From Eledone cirrhosa (lineage: Eukaryota), in NCBI GenBank assembly GCA_964016885.1, contig OZ024743.1:320974001-321038000 (forward strand): 64,000 nt of DNA. Reading direction: 5' to 3'. Shown in pieces: positions 33,355-45,104 of this stretch. Under the pieces are notes generated by a model. It saw nothing but the letters and a program-made list of their open reading frames with translations, was not told the DNA's origin and ran no database searches. A program made the position numbers and the translations under genes. Position 1 is the stretch's first letter. Each line of letters begins with the position of its first letter.

Positions 33355-33355
<1 letters not shown>
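33144..33355. repeat. Short inverted pLTR pair with degenerate HHR, between microsatellites
   Basis: 33205-33270 is inverted relative to 33285-33350; family of 63380-63510. Confidence 0.75.
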
Positions 33356-33390
<35 letters not shown>

Positions 33391-33538
33391 AGTATATGTT
33401 AGTTGATCACCGACACCTCAGTATGCAGATTAGAGCACTCCACGAAGTACGCAGGTTGATTTGTTTACTCCGGAGTAATGTAAAATAATTAAGTCAAATA
33501 TGTGAAATTTGGCTTCGTTTATTATAAATTATAGATAT

Positions 33539-33593
33539 ACTGCTATATATATTTCGGTGACAGCCATCACTGGCTGTGACCTGTTCAGGCAGT
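33539..33593 (-). ncRNA. Type I hammerhead with G8C core change
   Basis: ACTGC-CTGAACA-GGTCACAGCCA/TGGCTGTCACC-GAAAT-ATAT-ATA-GCAGT. Confidence 0.65.
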
Positions 33594-33744
33594 CCGAATT
33601 GGTGCGGAAAAGACAGATACACATGTTGTTGAAGTGTGTTTTACTCCGTCAATACATCGATATGTCCAGCTCCTGGTTGTGATGTTATTTCTCTGAGGAA
33701 CTGGAATCATATGATTTTCAAAAATACATACTGACTGTTCGGCC

Positions 33745-34392
33745 TGCTCTGCATATTTATTGTATTCAGCCATGTAGAGCGAAATTTTCTTTTTTATTTG
33801 AATTTGGCAAAGCCGGCCATTTATCGCTCCTACACAGGAAACTGACTGGCCAGTCGGCTGATATGCAAATCTGGCTGATCAGTGGATCTGCTAATATGCA
33901 GATCTGACTGATCAGCCAGTCTGATAATATGCAGATCAGGCCGATCAGTCACTGTATATGCTATTGAAAATAGCATATATTTTCATTAGCTCTGAGAGTT
34001 TGGCAGGTGAGCTGTACTGATGCAGGGTGATACCCAGAAACATTAGTGTCTGCAGTTCTGTTCGCATGCCAACATAAGAGCAAGAATGACATGGCTATAA
34101 AATTGAGGCTTGTTTGCAAAATTGCAAACGAATCGAGTGGATTGGCAGTATCGGTAGAGGTTCGGACGCCATGCTTTGACGCATAGAGTTACGGCCCTTG
34201 CCATTCTGAGTTCAAATCCCGCCGAGGTTAACTTTGCCTTTCATCCTTACGGGGTCGATAAAATAAAGTACCAGTAATGTACTGGGTAATTTTCTGGCCT
34301 TGTGCCAATAGTAGAAACAATTATTAATATTAGAAAAACTCAGATTACATTTATTGTATTCAGCCATGTAGAGCGACATTTTCTTTTTTACA
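33745..34392 (+). mobile_element. HHR-bearing pLTR (family of 54390-54922) interrupted by a SINE at ~34137-34325
   Basis: High identity to 54450-54922; HHR at 34012-34055 with an A9C change; internal CTGATCAG repeats. Confidence 0.8.
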
Positions 34393-34405
34393 TATATATA
34401 TATAT

Positions 34406-34454
<49 letters not shown>

Positions 34455-34595
34455 TATATATATACATGGATATTAGACGGGAACAATATATATATATAAA
34501 ATAAAATAAAATAAGTCAAACATGTAAAATTTGGCTTCGTTTAATATACTTCGTTTATTATACTGAGATGTCGGTAAACAACCAACATATACTCT

Positions 34596-34757
34596 ATAGA
34601 TTGGTAAATCGCCTAATGCGGTCCCTAGGCCATTGAAAATTTGAGATATTCTCCGCTCAAAACACTCACACGACCATAAGTATTACATGTGTAAAGTTTG
34701 AAAAAAATCGGTTGGGAGGTTCTCGAGTTTAAGGGAGTTAGACAGACAGACATTCTC

Positions 34758-34765
<8 letters not shown>
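34596..34765 (-). mobile_element. Short non-autonomous Helitron-like element (second copy at 37915-38100, +)
   Basis: 5' TATATATAAAAC, (CTGT)n, ACCGATTTTTTTCAAACTT and 3' CTAT; layout resembles Lep1-type Helitrons; family assignment is inference. Confidence 0.5.
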
Positions 34766-34794
<29 letters not shown>

Positions 34795-34795
<1 letters not shown>

Positions 34796-35695
34796 GGGGT
34801 AACAAATAATAGTTAAATGCAGTCCACTTAGGTATAGTCCAGTTATGGTATTCCAGGTAGTGGATGATATTAATGCTTGGTTTGGTTTGACTCAACAAGG
34901 CGTTTTCATAGTGATGCTGCGGGTATGCTGTAATTCCTATGTTGTAAACACTTGGAGTAATAATAAATCAGGAAAGAAGGTTGACATGGTTTGCTATACA
35001 AAAAAGGTTTTTAATCTCATAGCTGACAATTGTCGGGTAACTCCACCTGGAATTACATAGGATCCACCGCGGGTTCTTTTAAAAAAAGATGGTATGTGCA
35101 CGGGCACTCAATGAAAAACCGTGCACTTATGGGTTCCACAACCCTCGCCAAAAAAATATGGGAACTGAAGGACAGCAGCACTAACTACAGTATCAACTGG
35201 TCGAAGTTGTCGGCTGCTAAAACCTATAGTACAGGGATGTCCCACTGCGGGCTATGTGATCTTGAGCTATTGTATATCCTCAAAAATGTAAAAAGGCTAC
35301 TTAACAATAAGTTAGAAAGATCTATCTTCTGCAGACATAGAATTGCCACTAAATTCATAAGATTCAAACCTCCGTGAATCGAACCAACACAACATAGCTT
35401 TAAATTAGGATACCTACTACCCACAGAAATATATTCATTAAGTATACTATATCCTTCACAAGTCTATACCACACAAATGTCTGTAAGTACCTCATCAACC
35501 CACAAACTTATTCCTTCTCAGCTGCTGCCATCATTTGATCCTAAATCCTAGTTTTTCTCAAATCACTACTACAATGTAACTTTACCTTCCTTTTGCCATA
35601 ATTACAATTAGCACGCTTATCTCTTTGCATGTATGTATATTTTTGTACGAGTGTATATTGATGTGTATGTATGTGTCTATGTACACATGCATGTG

Positions 35696-35732
<37 letters not shown>

Positions 35733-36252
35733 ATATTACCTCGTTAACCTCTGTATTAACTCAACAACTATTTAGCTTTGACAGTGTTGTCCCACTCATG
35801 TATGTTATTGAAGATGAAAAGAAATACTGTAAACACTGGCTTATCTTTATAGTTTAAAATTGATACACACTTCGATACTCTGTACATGCCAAACTCTTAC
35901 TTTTGCCTCATGACAGCTAGTTTTACACGCCGTAATCTTAGATACACTATACCCCCCACCTAAGTAATGTCAGGGTCTCCTCAAATAATTTATTAATAGC
36001 ATTGTTGTAATTGTTCTAACTAAATGCCATTACTACTTCATATAGTATCCTGTATATTCTTTTCTTGCCTGTGTATTCTCTTCATTCTCGCATGCTCCGA
36101 AGATCTGACTGGTTATAATTTTGTATTGGCGATCGAGTAACGTGAAAATAAGCGAATAGCGATCTCTAGACCTACCAGTTCAGAGAAACAATTGTCAGCT
36201 ATGAGATTAAAAACCTTTTTTGTATAGCAAACCATGTCAACCTTCTTTCCTG

Positions 36253-36257
<5 letters not shown>
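34795..36257 (+). mobile_element. Rearranged Hydra-type PLE: 5' segment, inverted pLTR tail, GIY-YIG, 3' UTR, pLTR
   Basis: 34965-35033 is the reverse complement of 36188-36257; EN at 35030-35377 (YIGSTAGSFKKRW, CGLC, CRH); HHR at 36094-36199. Confidence 0.85.
36094..36199 (+). ncRNA. Type I hammerhead with CCGAAGA core and very long stem II
   Basis: GCT-CCGAAGA-T-CTGACTGGT...ACCAGTTCAG-A-GAAAC-AATT-GTC-AGC. Confidence 0.65.
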
Positions 36258-36322
<65 letters not shown>

Positions 36323-36335
36323 GTATATATATATG

Positions 36336-36366
<31 letters not shown>

Positions 36367-36461
36367 GCATATATATATATATATATGCATATATATATAT
36401 ATGTATATATATATGCATATATATATATATGTATATATATATGCATATATATATATATATA

Positions 36462-36510
<49 letters not shown>

Positions 36511-36512
<2 letters not shown>

Positions 36513-37171
36513 CGGCGATGAATTAGTTTAGCGAGGTTTTTTATATGAAATCGTGTGTCGAAACAGATATTGTTATATTTGGGGAGGGTCATATTTGCGT
36601 AATATTGCCAGAATTAATAACAGAACACACTCACTCTTTGGTTGGTTTTCGCTTCTCGTTGTCTTTTATATCTGCGATCTAACTTACTCGGTCCTCAATG
36701 TTGCCATTGACTGACCGGCGGTCAAAAATAATACAGATACAATATAGACACAAACACATATATATAGTTTACATAATTTACATAAATCTTTCGCTGCACA
36801 TCTGCAATAAAATAAGATAAACAAACAAGCAAATAAATAAATAAATATATAGACAGACTGAATAAATAAATATATAGACAGACTGAATAAAAAATGGCGT
36901 AGACATACAACACAACAGGAGGAACAATGAATGTGCAGATGTGCAACGAAAGATTTATGTAAATTATGTAAACTATATATATGTGTTTGTGTCTATATTG
37001 TATCTGTATTATTTTTGACCGCCGGTCAGTCAATGGCAACATTGAGGACCGAGTAAGTTAGATCGCAGATATAAAAGACAGCGAGAAGCGAAAACCAACC
37101 AAACAGTGAGTGTGTTCTGTTATTAATTCTGGCAATATTACGCAAATATGACCCTCCCCAAATATAACAAT
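36511..37171. repeat. Head-to-head inverted pair of Naiad-like pLTRs
   Basis: 36568-36806 is the reverse complement of 36935-37171; homologous to 18060-18352; (TA)n on both sides. Confidence 0.88.
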
Positions 37172-37204
37172 ATATATATATATATATATATGCATATATA
37201 TATA

Positions 37205-37254
<50 letters not shown>

Positions 37255-37444
37255 AAAGTTCAATTTAAATTGTTGGGATACAACAAGCAAATATTATTAT
37301 AAATGATATAAAGCACTCGACAAATATTTGGAGTAGATATACAGTATTAATAAATGGAAACTATATTCGGATGGCCTCCAAAAACAACGGTCACCTTTTT
37401 GAAAGGGTATGTCAATTATCTATTTGTAAAACTGTTATATATTG

Positions 37445-37509
37445 TATTTTGTCTGATGAAGGCATACCATGATTTAACTTGGTATCCTTGAAATATATAT
37501 AATGAAATA
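37445..37509 (+). ncRNA. Type I hammerhead ribozyme in a short pLTR (37340-37550)
   Basis: TATTTTGT-CTGATGA-AGGCATACCA/TGGTATCCTT-GAAAT-ATAT-ATA-ATGAAATA; the copy at 56230-56294 (-) has a compensatory stem II change (ACACCA/TGGTGT). Confidence 0.82.
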
Positions 37510-37567
37510 AATATGGTTTTATAAATATAGTTTCCATTTATTAATACTGTATATATATATATATATA

Positions 37568-37609
<42 letters not shown>

Positions 37610-37645
37610 TATATATATATATGCATATATATATATATATATATA

Positions 37646-37685
<40 letters not shown>

Positions 37686-37703
37686 TATATATATATATAT
37701 GCA

Positions 37704-37738
<35 letters not shown>

Positions 37739-37887
37739 GCATTCTAAAGAATGAAACAGTTCTAGTCCTGTAGAATCTCATCTATATTAAAACTTTTATA
37801 CTCTGCAATGTATTGAGTACCTTACTTACTGTGGTTACCTCCGATTCAACCCGGAATAACGTATATATATATATATATATATATATA

Positions 37888-37914
<27 letters not shown>

Positions 37915-37928
<14 letters not shown>

Positions 37929-38100
37929 GGGAATGTCTGTCTGTCTGTCTGTCTAACTCCCTTAAACACGAGAACTTCCCAACCGATTTTTTTCAAACTT
38001 TACACATGTAATACTTATGGTAGTGTGAGTGTTTTGAGCGGAGAATATCTCAAATTTTCAATGCCCTAGGGACCGCATTAGGCGATTTATCAATCTATTT
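37915..38100 (+). mobile_element. Short non-autonomous Helitron-like element
   Basis: Reverse-complement homologue of 34596-34765. Confidence 0.5.
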
Positions 38101-38861
38101 CTCTCTTTCTTAGTCTGTCTCTTTAGATTGATACATAGCTATAACGTCGCGCCCTTATACTATCTGTCTGTATGTCTGGCTGTCTGTATTACGACATTAT
38201 GACACTATCTGTGTATGTGTGTATATATGTATATATATAGTACGTGTATATATATATATATAGTGTGCAACGTTTTTCGAAATCATTACTTCTGTGTTCA
38301 CAGATTGATTTTTTTAGATTCAGAAGATCCCGTTAAGGGTTAAAGCACCGATTCTTCGCTTAAACTTTAATCTGCTATTTTAATATATATATGTATATAA
38401 TTATATATTTGTGTATTGATATTTTTGCATACACAATAACAAAATATAAACAAACGTGTTTATTTCACGAGGTTCGATAAGGATAAATATATATCAAATA
38501 TATAAGAACCCTAGAGCAAATATTGTTCTCATTGCTGACGAGGCAGAAGGGGATATACACGATTGGTTGAAGAAAGATGAGACTGTGTTAGTAGTACAAC
38601 CAACGGCTGCTATCACACCAACAACAACAAAAACAACAACAAAAAAGAGAGGGAACGCAATATTATGCTTTTGAAAAATATTAATGGAAAATGATTTGCC
38701 TATTCAACAAAGGCGACTTCACTTTTATATTTGCAAACAATATAATTAACATATGAATAAATGTATAAATATAGAATTAGGTTAGCTTACTCTACGTTAT
38801 CTCAATAATGTTTACAGAATTAATCTAATCATCATTTTATTCTTCATTTCTTCTATTACAG

Positions 38862-38879
38862 ATCCACCATTAAAACCAG
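38862..38879 (+). other. Candidate 18-nt microexon (xPPLKP)
   Basis: Pyrimidine tract TTCTTCATTTCTTCTATTACAG acceptor and CAG|GTAT donor; frame-preserving. Confidence 0.35.
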
Positions 38880-39254
38880 GTATATTAACAGTAAAATTGT
38901 TCTTTCATTTTTTAATTAATCTCTAATGTCGTCTCCATATTGACTCCTACTAAATAATAAGTTATTCGTTTCACATATCAAATGTCATTCGAATGGAATG
39001 TGTGCAGCAAGAAAGAACTGGATACAAATGTATGAAACCACTCCTATGTAAATATATTCAAATGCAGAGAGACAAATGTACATACATACATACATACATA
39101 CGCATACATACATACACACATACATACACACATTCATACACACATACACACATACTCACACATACACACATACACACACATATACACAGACATACACACA
39201 CACACATACACCCAGACATACAAGCACACAGACCTCAGTATGACTCATGAAGAT

Positions 39255-39625
39255 AGGCGGCGAATTGGCAGAGTCATTAGAACGTATGGTGTTCGTTCCG
39301 GTTCTCAGCTCTCTGAGTTCAAATCTCGCCGAGGTCAACTTTGCCTTTCATCCTTTCGATGTCGATAAAAAAAGGTACCAATCAGTTTTAAGGATCTAAT
39401 TACAGAAAGTGTGTGAGTGTGTGAGAGAGAGAGAGAGAGAGAGAAGTAGTGAGACACAGATATAGAGGATGAATAGATCCCAGTACTTCACTGGTACTTT
39501 CTTTCATTGACCTGCAAAGGATGAAAGGCAAAGTTGACCTCGGTGGGATTTGAACTCAGATAGCAGAGAGCCGGAATACCTCAAAGCATTCTGTCTGACG
39601 TTCTAATGATTTCAGACAATTTATT
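39255..39625. mobile_element. Two diverged tRNA-derived SINE copies in opposite orientation
   Basis: GAGTTCAAATCTCGCCGAGGTCAACTTTGCCTTTCATCC (+, 39255-39385) and the reverse-complement copy at 39480-39625. Confidence 0.8.
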
Positions 39626-39893
39626 GCTAAGGGAAGCACATACAAACACTCACACTGCACATGCGTTGAGGGGTAAATTGTTTCGGATGGTTGCAATATA
39701 CGTAAAATGTATAAAACGATGCTTGAAAATAAAGCAATATGAAGCATTTATTAGCACACAGAGAATTTGCTAAATGTTAAATAATTCTCACGTTTCACAA
39801 GTTAGATATGTGACATTGGTATCACAGGAGATATTTTTCCGAACTCTGCTACACAGAACTGATGACCAAACCTCAATCTCTTTTTTATTGCAA

Positions 39894-40127
39894 TGATGCA
39901 CATATTTATACGTGTAACCGTGGCTTACATAGAAGGAATTGTTATGAAAAAGATTCGATTCAAACATGCAGAACTCTGTGCTCGCGAATGTATAAAAGAT
40001 AAAGCATGTAAATCATTTAACTACGATGATCTTAGAAAAACTTGTCAACTCTTTTAAATCAATGCTGCAACAACTGTCACTTTGACACCCAGTGAATGTT
40101 CATACAGGGATTACTACCAACTAATTG
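39894..40127 (+). pseudogene. PAN/apple-domain exon with an in-frame stop
   Basis: AYIEG...AELCARECIKDKACKSFNYDDLRKTCQLF*INAA...RDYYQLI followed by a GTAAGT donor; the presumed acceptor reads TTGCAA rather than TTGCAG. Confidence 0.65.
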
Positions 40128-41222
40128 GTAAGTCAGAATGTCACTAAACCAAAACGTGTAAAACTTAGTTGTATATCTCATCAGTTGCATACTATTCACA
40201 TACCGAATAGTGTTTCGGATAGATAAAATTCACGTGATAATTATATTTACTAGGTGGCGGTGGGGATATTTTATCAGATGTTTAACCACTAATTATAGCT
40301 AGTAGAATCTCTCTCATTGGTTCATTGTTTTTACTGTTATTCATGTTAGAAATGTAGACACACTTTGGCTGACAAACAATAAATCACAGAGAAAAATTAT
40401 CCAAAGATGCCAATCATAGGAAATGCATTAATTAGTTTAATGCTGTGTATATCAAAGAGCTCATTATAAATATTATTATTTAATCTATTTTTGTAACATT
40501 TAATTAATGAATTGTGTTAGAAAACGATTTTTTTCTCCTAAAAACCTATTTTGGATGAGAAATATTAACAAAAATCAACCGAAAATGTCACAAAAATGCA
40601 ATCGATTTAGTCAGAAAATCGGATCTTTTAAAAAATCGTCTTAGCACAAAAACCTGACTTGATCGAGGGAAACGTATGTCATTTTCCTATTCAGCGGTGC
40701 AAAATTGTCCTAAATCAGTTGAAAAATCTTACTATTTTATTTTTTTGTAATCCAGTGTAATCATACAATTAGCAATATCATTTGAATCCTTTTAGCAATT
40801 ACGGAAGACACCTTCGTATACGTTTAGTTCTTAGTAGATATTACCAGAAGTCATCATAGAACGCGCAGGAGACATCGTAGGAGGGATGTGAGAATCACAA
40901 AGAAGATTCAGATTGTTGTACCAGAGAAGGCATAAAAATGGGAGTATTAAAACATATTTACATATTTAAAAGTATTTGTGTTGATTTACAAATGAAAACA
41001 TATACAACTTGGCTATAGTTGATTGAAGTAACGAAACTGCCGGCTTGTGAAATTAACATGTAAGTGGATGAGGATTCCACAGACATGTGCACCCATAATA
41101 TGGTTATCAGGAAAATTCAGTCTGACACAGTGTACGATATGGCTGGTTCCTCTAATTACAAGTACAGTTCATTTATCGAATACAGGTTTTCATATTTTGT
41201 TTCATATTTTATTATACACCAG

Positions 41223-41426
41223 AATCCAAGATTGTTCCAATCAATGGAGCAAGTATGATTTCCTGTACCCATCTTGTTGAGTTCGGTAACATAAGTAGCG
41301 AAAAGGACTGCCGAAAAAAGTGCACTGAGAACAAATGCCAAGCAATGGAATTCTTCGAATGTAGTGTCACACATAATGACCCAAGTAATTGCGGTCTAAT
41401 TGGTGATGATTTCTGGGTATTTACCG
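41223..41426 (+). CDS. PAN/apple-like Cys-rich exon (204 nt, phase 1-1), probably from the same decaying gene
   Basis: CACCAG acceptor, GTAAGT donor; SEKDCRKKCTENKCQAMEFFECSV spacing. Confidence 0.55.
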
Positions 41427-41516
41427 GTAAGTTATTTCTTTTATATATACCTGTAAAATCATTACTCACCAGAAGTTCTGCTGATGGTGTATGTAATATG
41501 CATGTTTCTGTTTTAT

Positions 41517-41822
41517 AATAATTTTCTACTTTTGGCACAAGGCCAGCAATTGTCTCAGTGCATTACTGGTACTTTATTTTATCGACCCCGTAAGGATGAA
41601 AGGCAAAGTTAACTTCAGCGACATTTGAAATCAGACCGTAAAGGACCGTAACTCTATGCTGAAAAGCATGATGTATGACGCTCTACCGACACTGCCAATC
41701 CGTGTTTTATAATAATTGTTTCTACTTTTGGCACAAGGCCAGCAATTACCCAGTGCATTACTGGTACTTTATTTTATCGACCGCCGTAAGGATGAAAGGC
41801 AAAGTTAACCTTGGCGGGATTT
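41517..41822 (-). mobile_element. Tandem pair of tRNA-derived SINEs
   Basis: Same family as 23576-24052. Confidence 0.88.
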
Positions 41823-42044
41823 ATGCATGAAGAACAATTTCATTGTTGTCATGTTCATAATACAACTGCAAACAAGTAAATTTTATTTAGGGGTATATTC
41901 AAGTAAAAGCAACGTTTATTTTCTACAATATTACGAGTAGTTCATTGTCAAGCAGAAACGGGGTACAAAAAAAACTCTTGCAGGGATGTCTGATGTTATA
42001 AGAGAAAACAGTGTAGAGAATTGATTGTATTAATAGCGTAATAC

Positions 42045-42280
42045 AGGGGGGTGGATTAGCAGGGTGGTGGATTAGCAGTAATCGGTAGAGCGCCGGACAA
42101 CATGCTTCCCTGCTTAGTTACGTACCTTTATGTTCTGATTTCACCCACCCCCGAAGTTAGCTGTGCCTTTCATCCTTATGGGTCAACAAAATAAAGTACC
42201 AGTTATACACTAGGATCGATTTAATCGAATCCCCCCTCCCCCATCGATGGCCTTGTATGTGAATTAGAACCAATTATTAG
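42045..42280 (+). mobile_element. tRNA-derived SINE, longer subfamily
   Basis: Shared body plus extra GATCGATTTAATCGA hairpin and CCCCCTCCCC segment. Confidence 0.75.
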
Positions 42281-42611
42281 CGTTATACTACATCCCTGAC
42301 TTGCGAGCAAAACCATTCTGCACCAACATATTTGATTGTGTGGTTTCTTGAATTTAATACCTAAGTATATATGTAGAAATATACTTGACATTTCAATATC
42401 TAGTAAACAGTAGTATAGTTGTTTTTAAATAAATATTCAATTCTGTTCCTACACCAGCCACGGGATACCACGTCTACAATGGATGACTCGCATAACGTCG
42501 AATGTTTTAACTTATTATATCACGGTTTGCTAACCGGAATCACCAGATCTACCTATTAGTAAACCACACAATGTGTGTGTGTGTGTGTGTGCATGTATAT
42601 ATATATATATA

Positions 42612-43545
42612 GAGAGAAAACAAAGCGATGTCTCTCATTAAGGTCTTTATTGATTATACAAAGTTACGACCGTTTCACAGATGGGCGGCCCAGGATCAAT
42701 ACAAATGCTTTATACCCGACACCAGCCCGATCTGCTCATCAGATTTGTTAATCAAGCAAAACCAAAATCTCATCTCATTTCAATATATACACTGTGCCTT
42801 AGCATAGAGTGCTGATTTTGGTACCAGCCTCAGTAAACCACGAGTCTACTGAACTACCTATTATACATAATTTAGGAAAATTTACTTTATTTACCTAATT
42901 CGTGTGACTCTCATAATTATCCTAAACATCGCTTAAAGATTGATTCTGTTGCAAAGTTCATGAGCTTGGATATTTGGTTGGGGTGGGCCGTTAGGAGGAA
43001 CGAAATTTACCGTCTCGAGGGTGTCCCTCTATTCGGATAACGAATTTATGAGGCAGAAGCAACCCCATTTGTCAATATGCGATTTTTTTTTAAAAGAGGG
43101 AGAGAATCCCGTTACTGGAAGATGGAATATCATTTTTTTGTGTTCAGTAACGGTTTGTACTTTCTAATGAAGAATTCTTCTTTATATTTCCGGAAATGTT
43201 CGTTGTCCGACCATATCTTAAAGAAGTGTTCACTGCATGTTGTATTTCTGACGAGCGGTCTCTAATTTGTTGTTTATGTACACGAACTCTGTCATGTAGA
43301 CCCGTTCCGGTTTCACCAATGTAGTATTCTTTACACTGAGGGCAGGTTGCACAGTAAATTAAGTTTTTGTTTTGCAATTCATTTTTGCATTAACTTTAAA
43401 AATCTTGATTGTTTTTAAAGGACATTTGTCCGCCCTCTTCAATGTATTCGCAAGTTCCGCATCAAGGGTGTCCGCATTTCTTAACTTACATTGTTTCATT
43501 ATCAGACGTAAATTTCGCCCTTGTAAGCAGTTTATTTAAATCATT
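42612..43545 (-). mobile_element. 5'-truncated Neptune-like PLE (GIY-YIG with CCHH, pLTR)
   Basis: KCGHP*CGTC linker, NLIYCATCPQCKEYYIGETG..L..R..VHKQQIR; HHR near the 3' end. Confidence 0.82.
42659..42747 (-). ncRNA. Type I hammerhead with long stem II
   Basis: CAAAT-CTGATGA-G-CAGATCGGGC...GCCCATCTG-T-GAAAC-GGTC-GTA-ACTTTG. Confidence 0.75.
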
Positions 43546-43663
43546 TATTGAAATGGAATAAGCAGGAGGGCACTTTTACAACCCTTTCTAAAACACTCCT
43601 TAAATACCCAACACCTCCCAACTCCACTCCCAATCAATTATCTTGCTGTTACCATACACTATT

Positions 43664-43715
<52 letters not shown>

Positions 43716-43720
<5 letters not shown>

Positions 43721-43907
43721 AACAAGTATGACCCCGACAGCACAGCTCAAGCCGTTTCGACGGCTAATTCTGGACTGAAATAGCTGTCGAGACGGCTTGA
43801 GCTCTGCGGTCGGGGTCATACTTTCTCCTATTACCTACTCTACTACCTTAAGTATTGAGTATTCTGGTGCGTTATGGTTCATCTGGTTCCTTACCACAAC
43901 TCCTTAG

Positions 43908-43910
<3 letters not shown>
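43716..43910. repeat. Small inverted pLTR-like repeat between (TA)n tracts
   Basis: 43716-43770 pairs with 43780-43831; single-arm copy at 14328-14378. Confidence 0.7.
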
Positions 43911-43976
<66 letters not shown>

Positions 43977-44012
43977 TATATATATATATACACATATATA
44001 CATATATATATA

Positions 44013-44733
44013 TGAGAGTATTGAAGTTTGCTTGAAGCATTGTGGAATAATAAGGTAAATTTCTTTAAGTCGTTTGGAAGCCTCGACAATGCAGATAGGT
44101 AAATCTCCGGGTAACAAGATCCGGTGGTGGAGAGAGAGAGAGATGTAAGTGGGTGTACGTTGAGATGCATGGCGTGTATAAGACTGTAGCGTGTAGAGGA
44201 ATGTAGGAAAGAGCGTAAGGGATAAAAATAAAATTAAAAACACGAGATAGAGTTACCTTGGGAGAGATTTAATTGTCCCTATATATTTCGGATTCACATC
44301 CATCAACTGGGGTTTTTTCCGGGGGGGGGGGGAGGTTTTCTGTCGGAAAGGTGCGAAACGTGTCCTCCGCTGTTCGTTGTTTGGAATATCTCTTGAATAT
44401 TCAAAACAACGAACAGCGGAGGACACGTTTCGCACCTTTCCGACAGACAACCTTTAACCCCCCCCCCCCCGGGAAAAAAACCCAGTTGATGGATGTGAAT
44501 CCGAAATATATAGGGACAATTAAATCTCTCCCAAGGTAACTCTATCTCGTGTTGTTATTTTAATTTTTATCCTTTGCGCTCTTTCCTATATTCCTCTACA
44601 CGCTACAGTCTTATACACGCCACGCATCTCAACGTACACCCACTTACATCTCTCTCTCCACCACCGGATCTTGTTACCCAGAGATTTACCCATCTGCATT
44701 GTCGAGGCTTCCAAACGACTTAAAGAAATTTAC
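44013..44733. repeat. Near-perfect ~680-bp inverted repeat (pLTR-like) flanked by (TA)n
   Basis: Arms 44054-44390 and 44396-44733; degenerate HHR CC-CAGTTGA-T-GGAT/ATCC-GAAAT-AT-ATA-GGG at 44481-44515. Confidence 0.85.
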
Positions 44734-45060
44734 CATATATATATATATATATATGATTTACTTCCTTTAAATCGTCATCAACACTCCTTCACTCCCAGTC
44801 ATTAACAACCTCCCACCCCCACCCCTCAGACACCCAAATCTCTCTTACATATAGAGTCACACATCGCAGCACAACCTGAGATCAGTTTGATAATCGTCCC
44901 CGAAGAATGCGAGAAAGTTCTCCAGGAAAGTTAACCTGGAATCTTTTAAAAAATCTCCCCACCGAAGTTAACAAAGAACTTACCAGATCTACAAAACCAA
45001 ATTATAATATTATTAAATTAAATTTTTTAGAACTACAAGTAATGTCATTCTTTTACTTCT

Positions 45061-45101
<41 letters not shown>

Positions 45102-45104
<3 letters not shown>

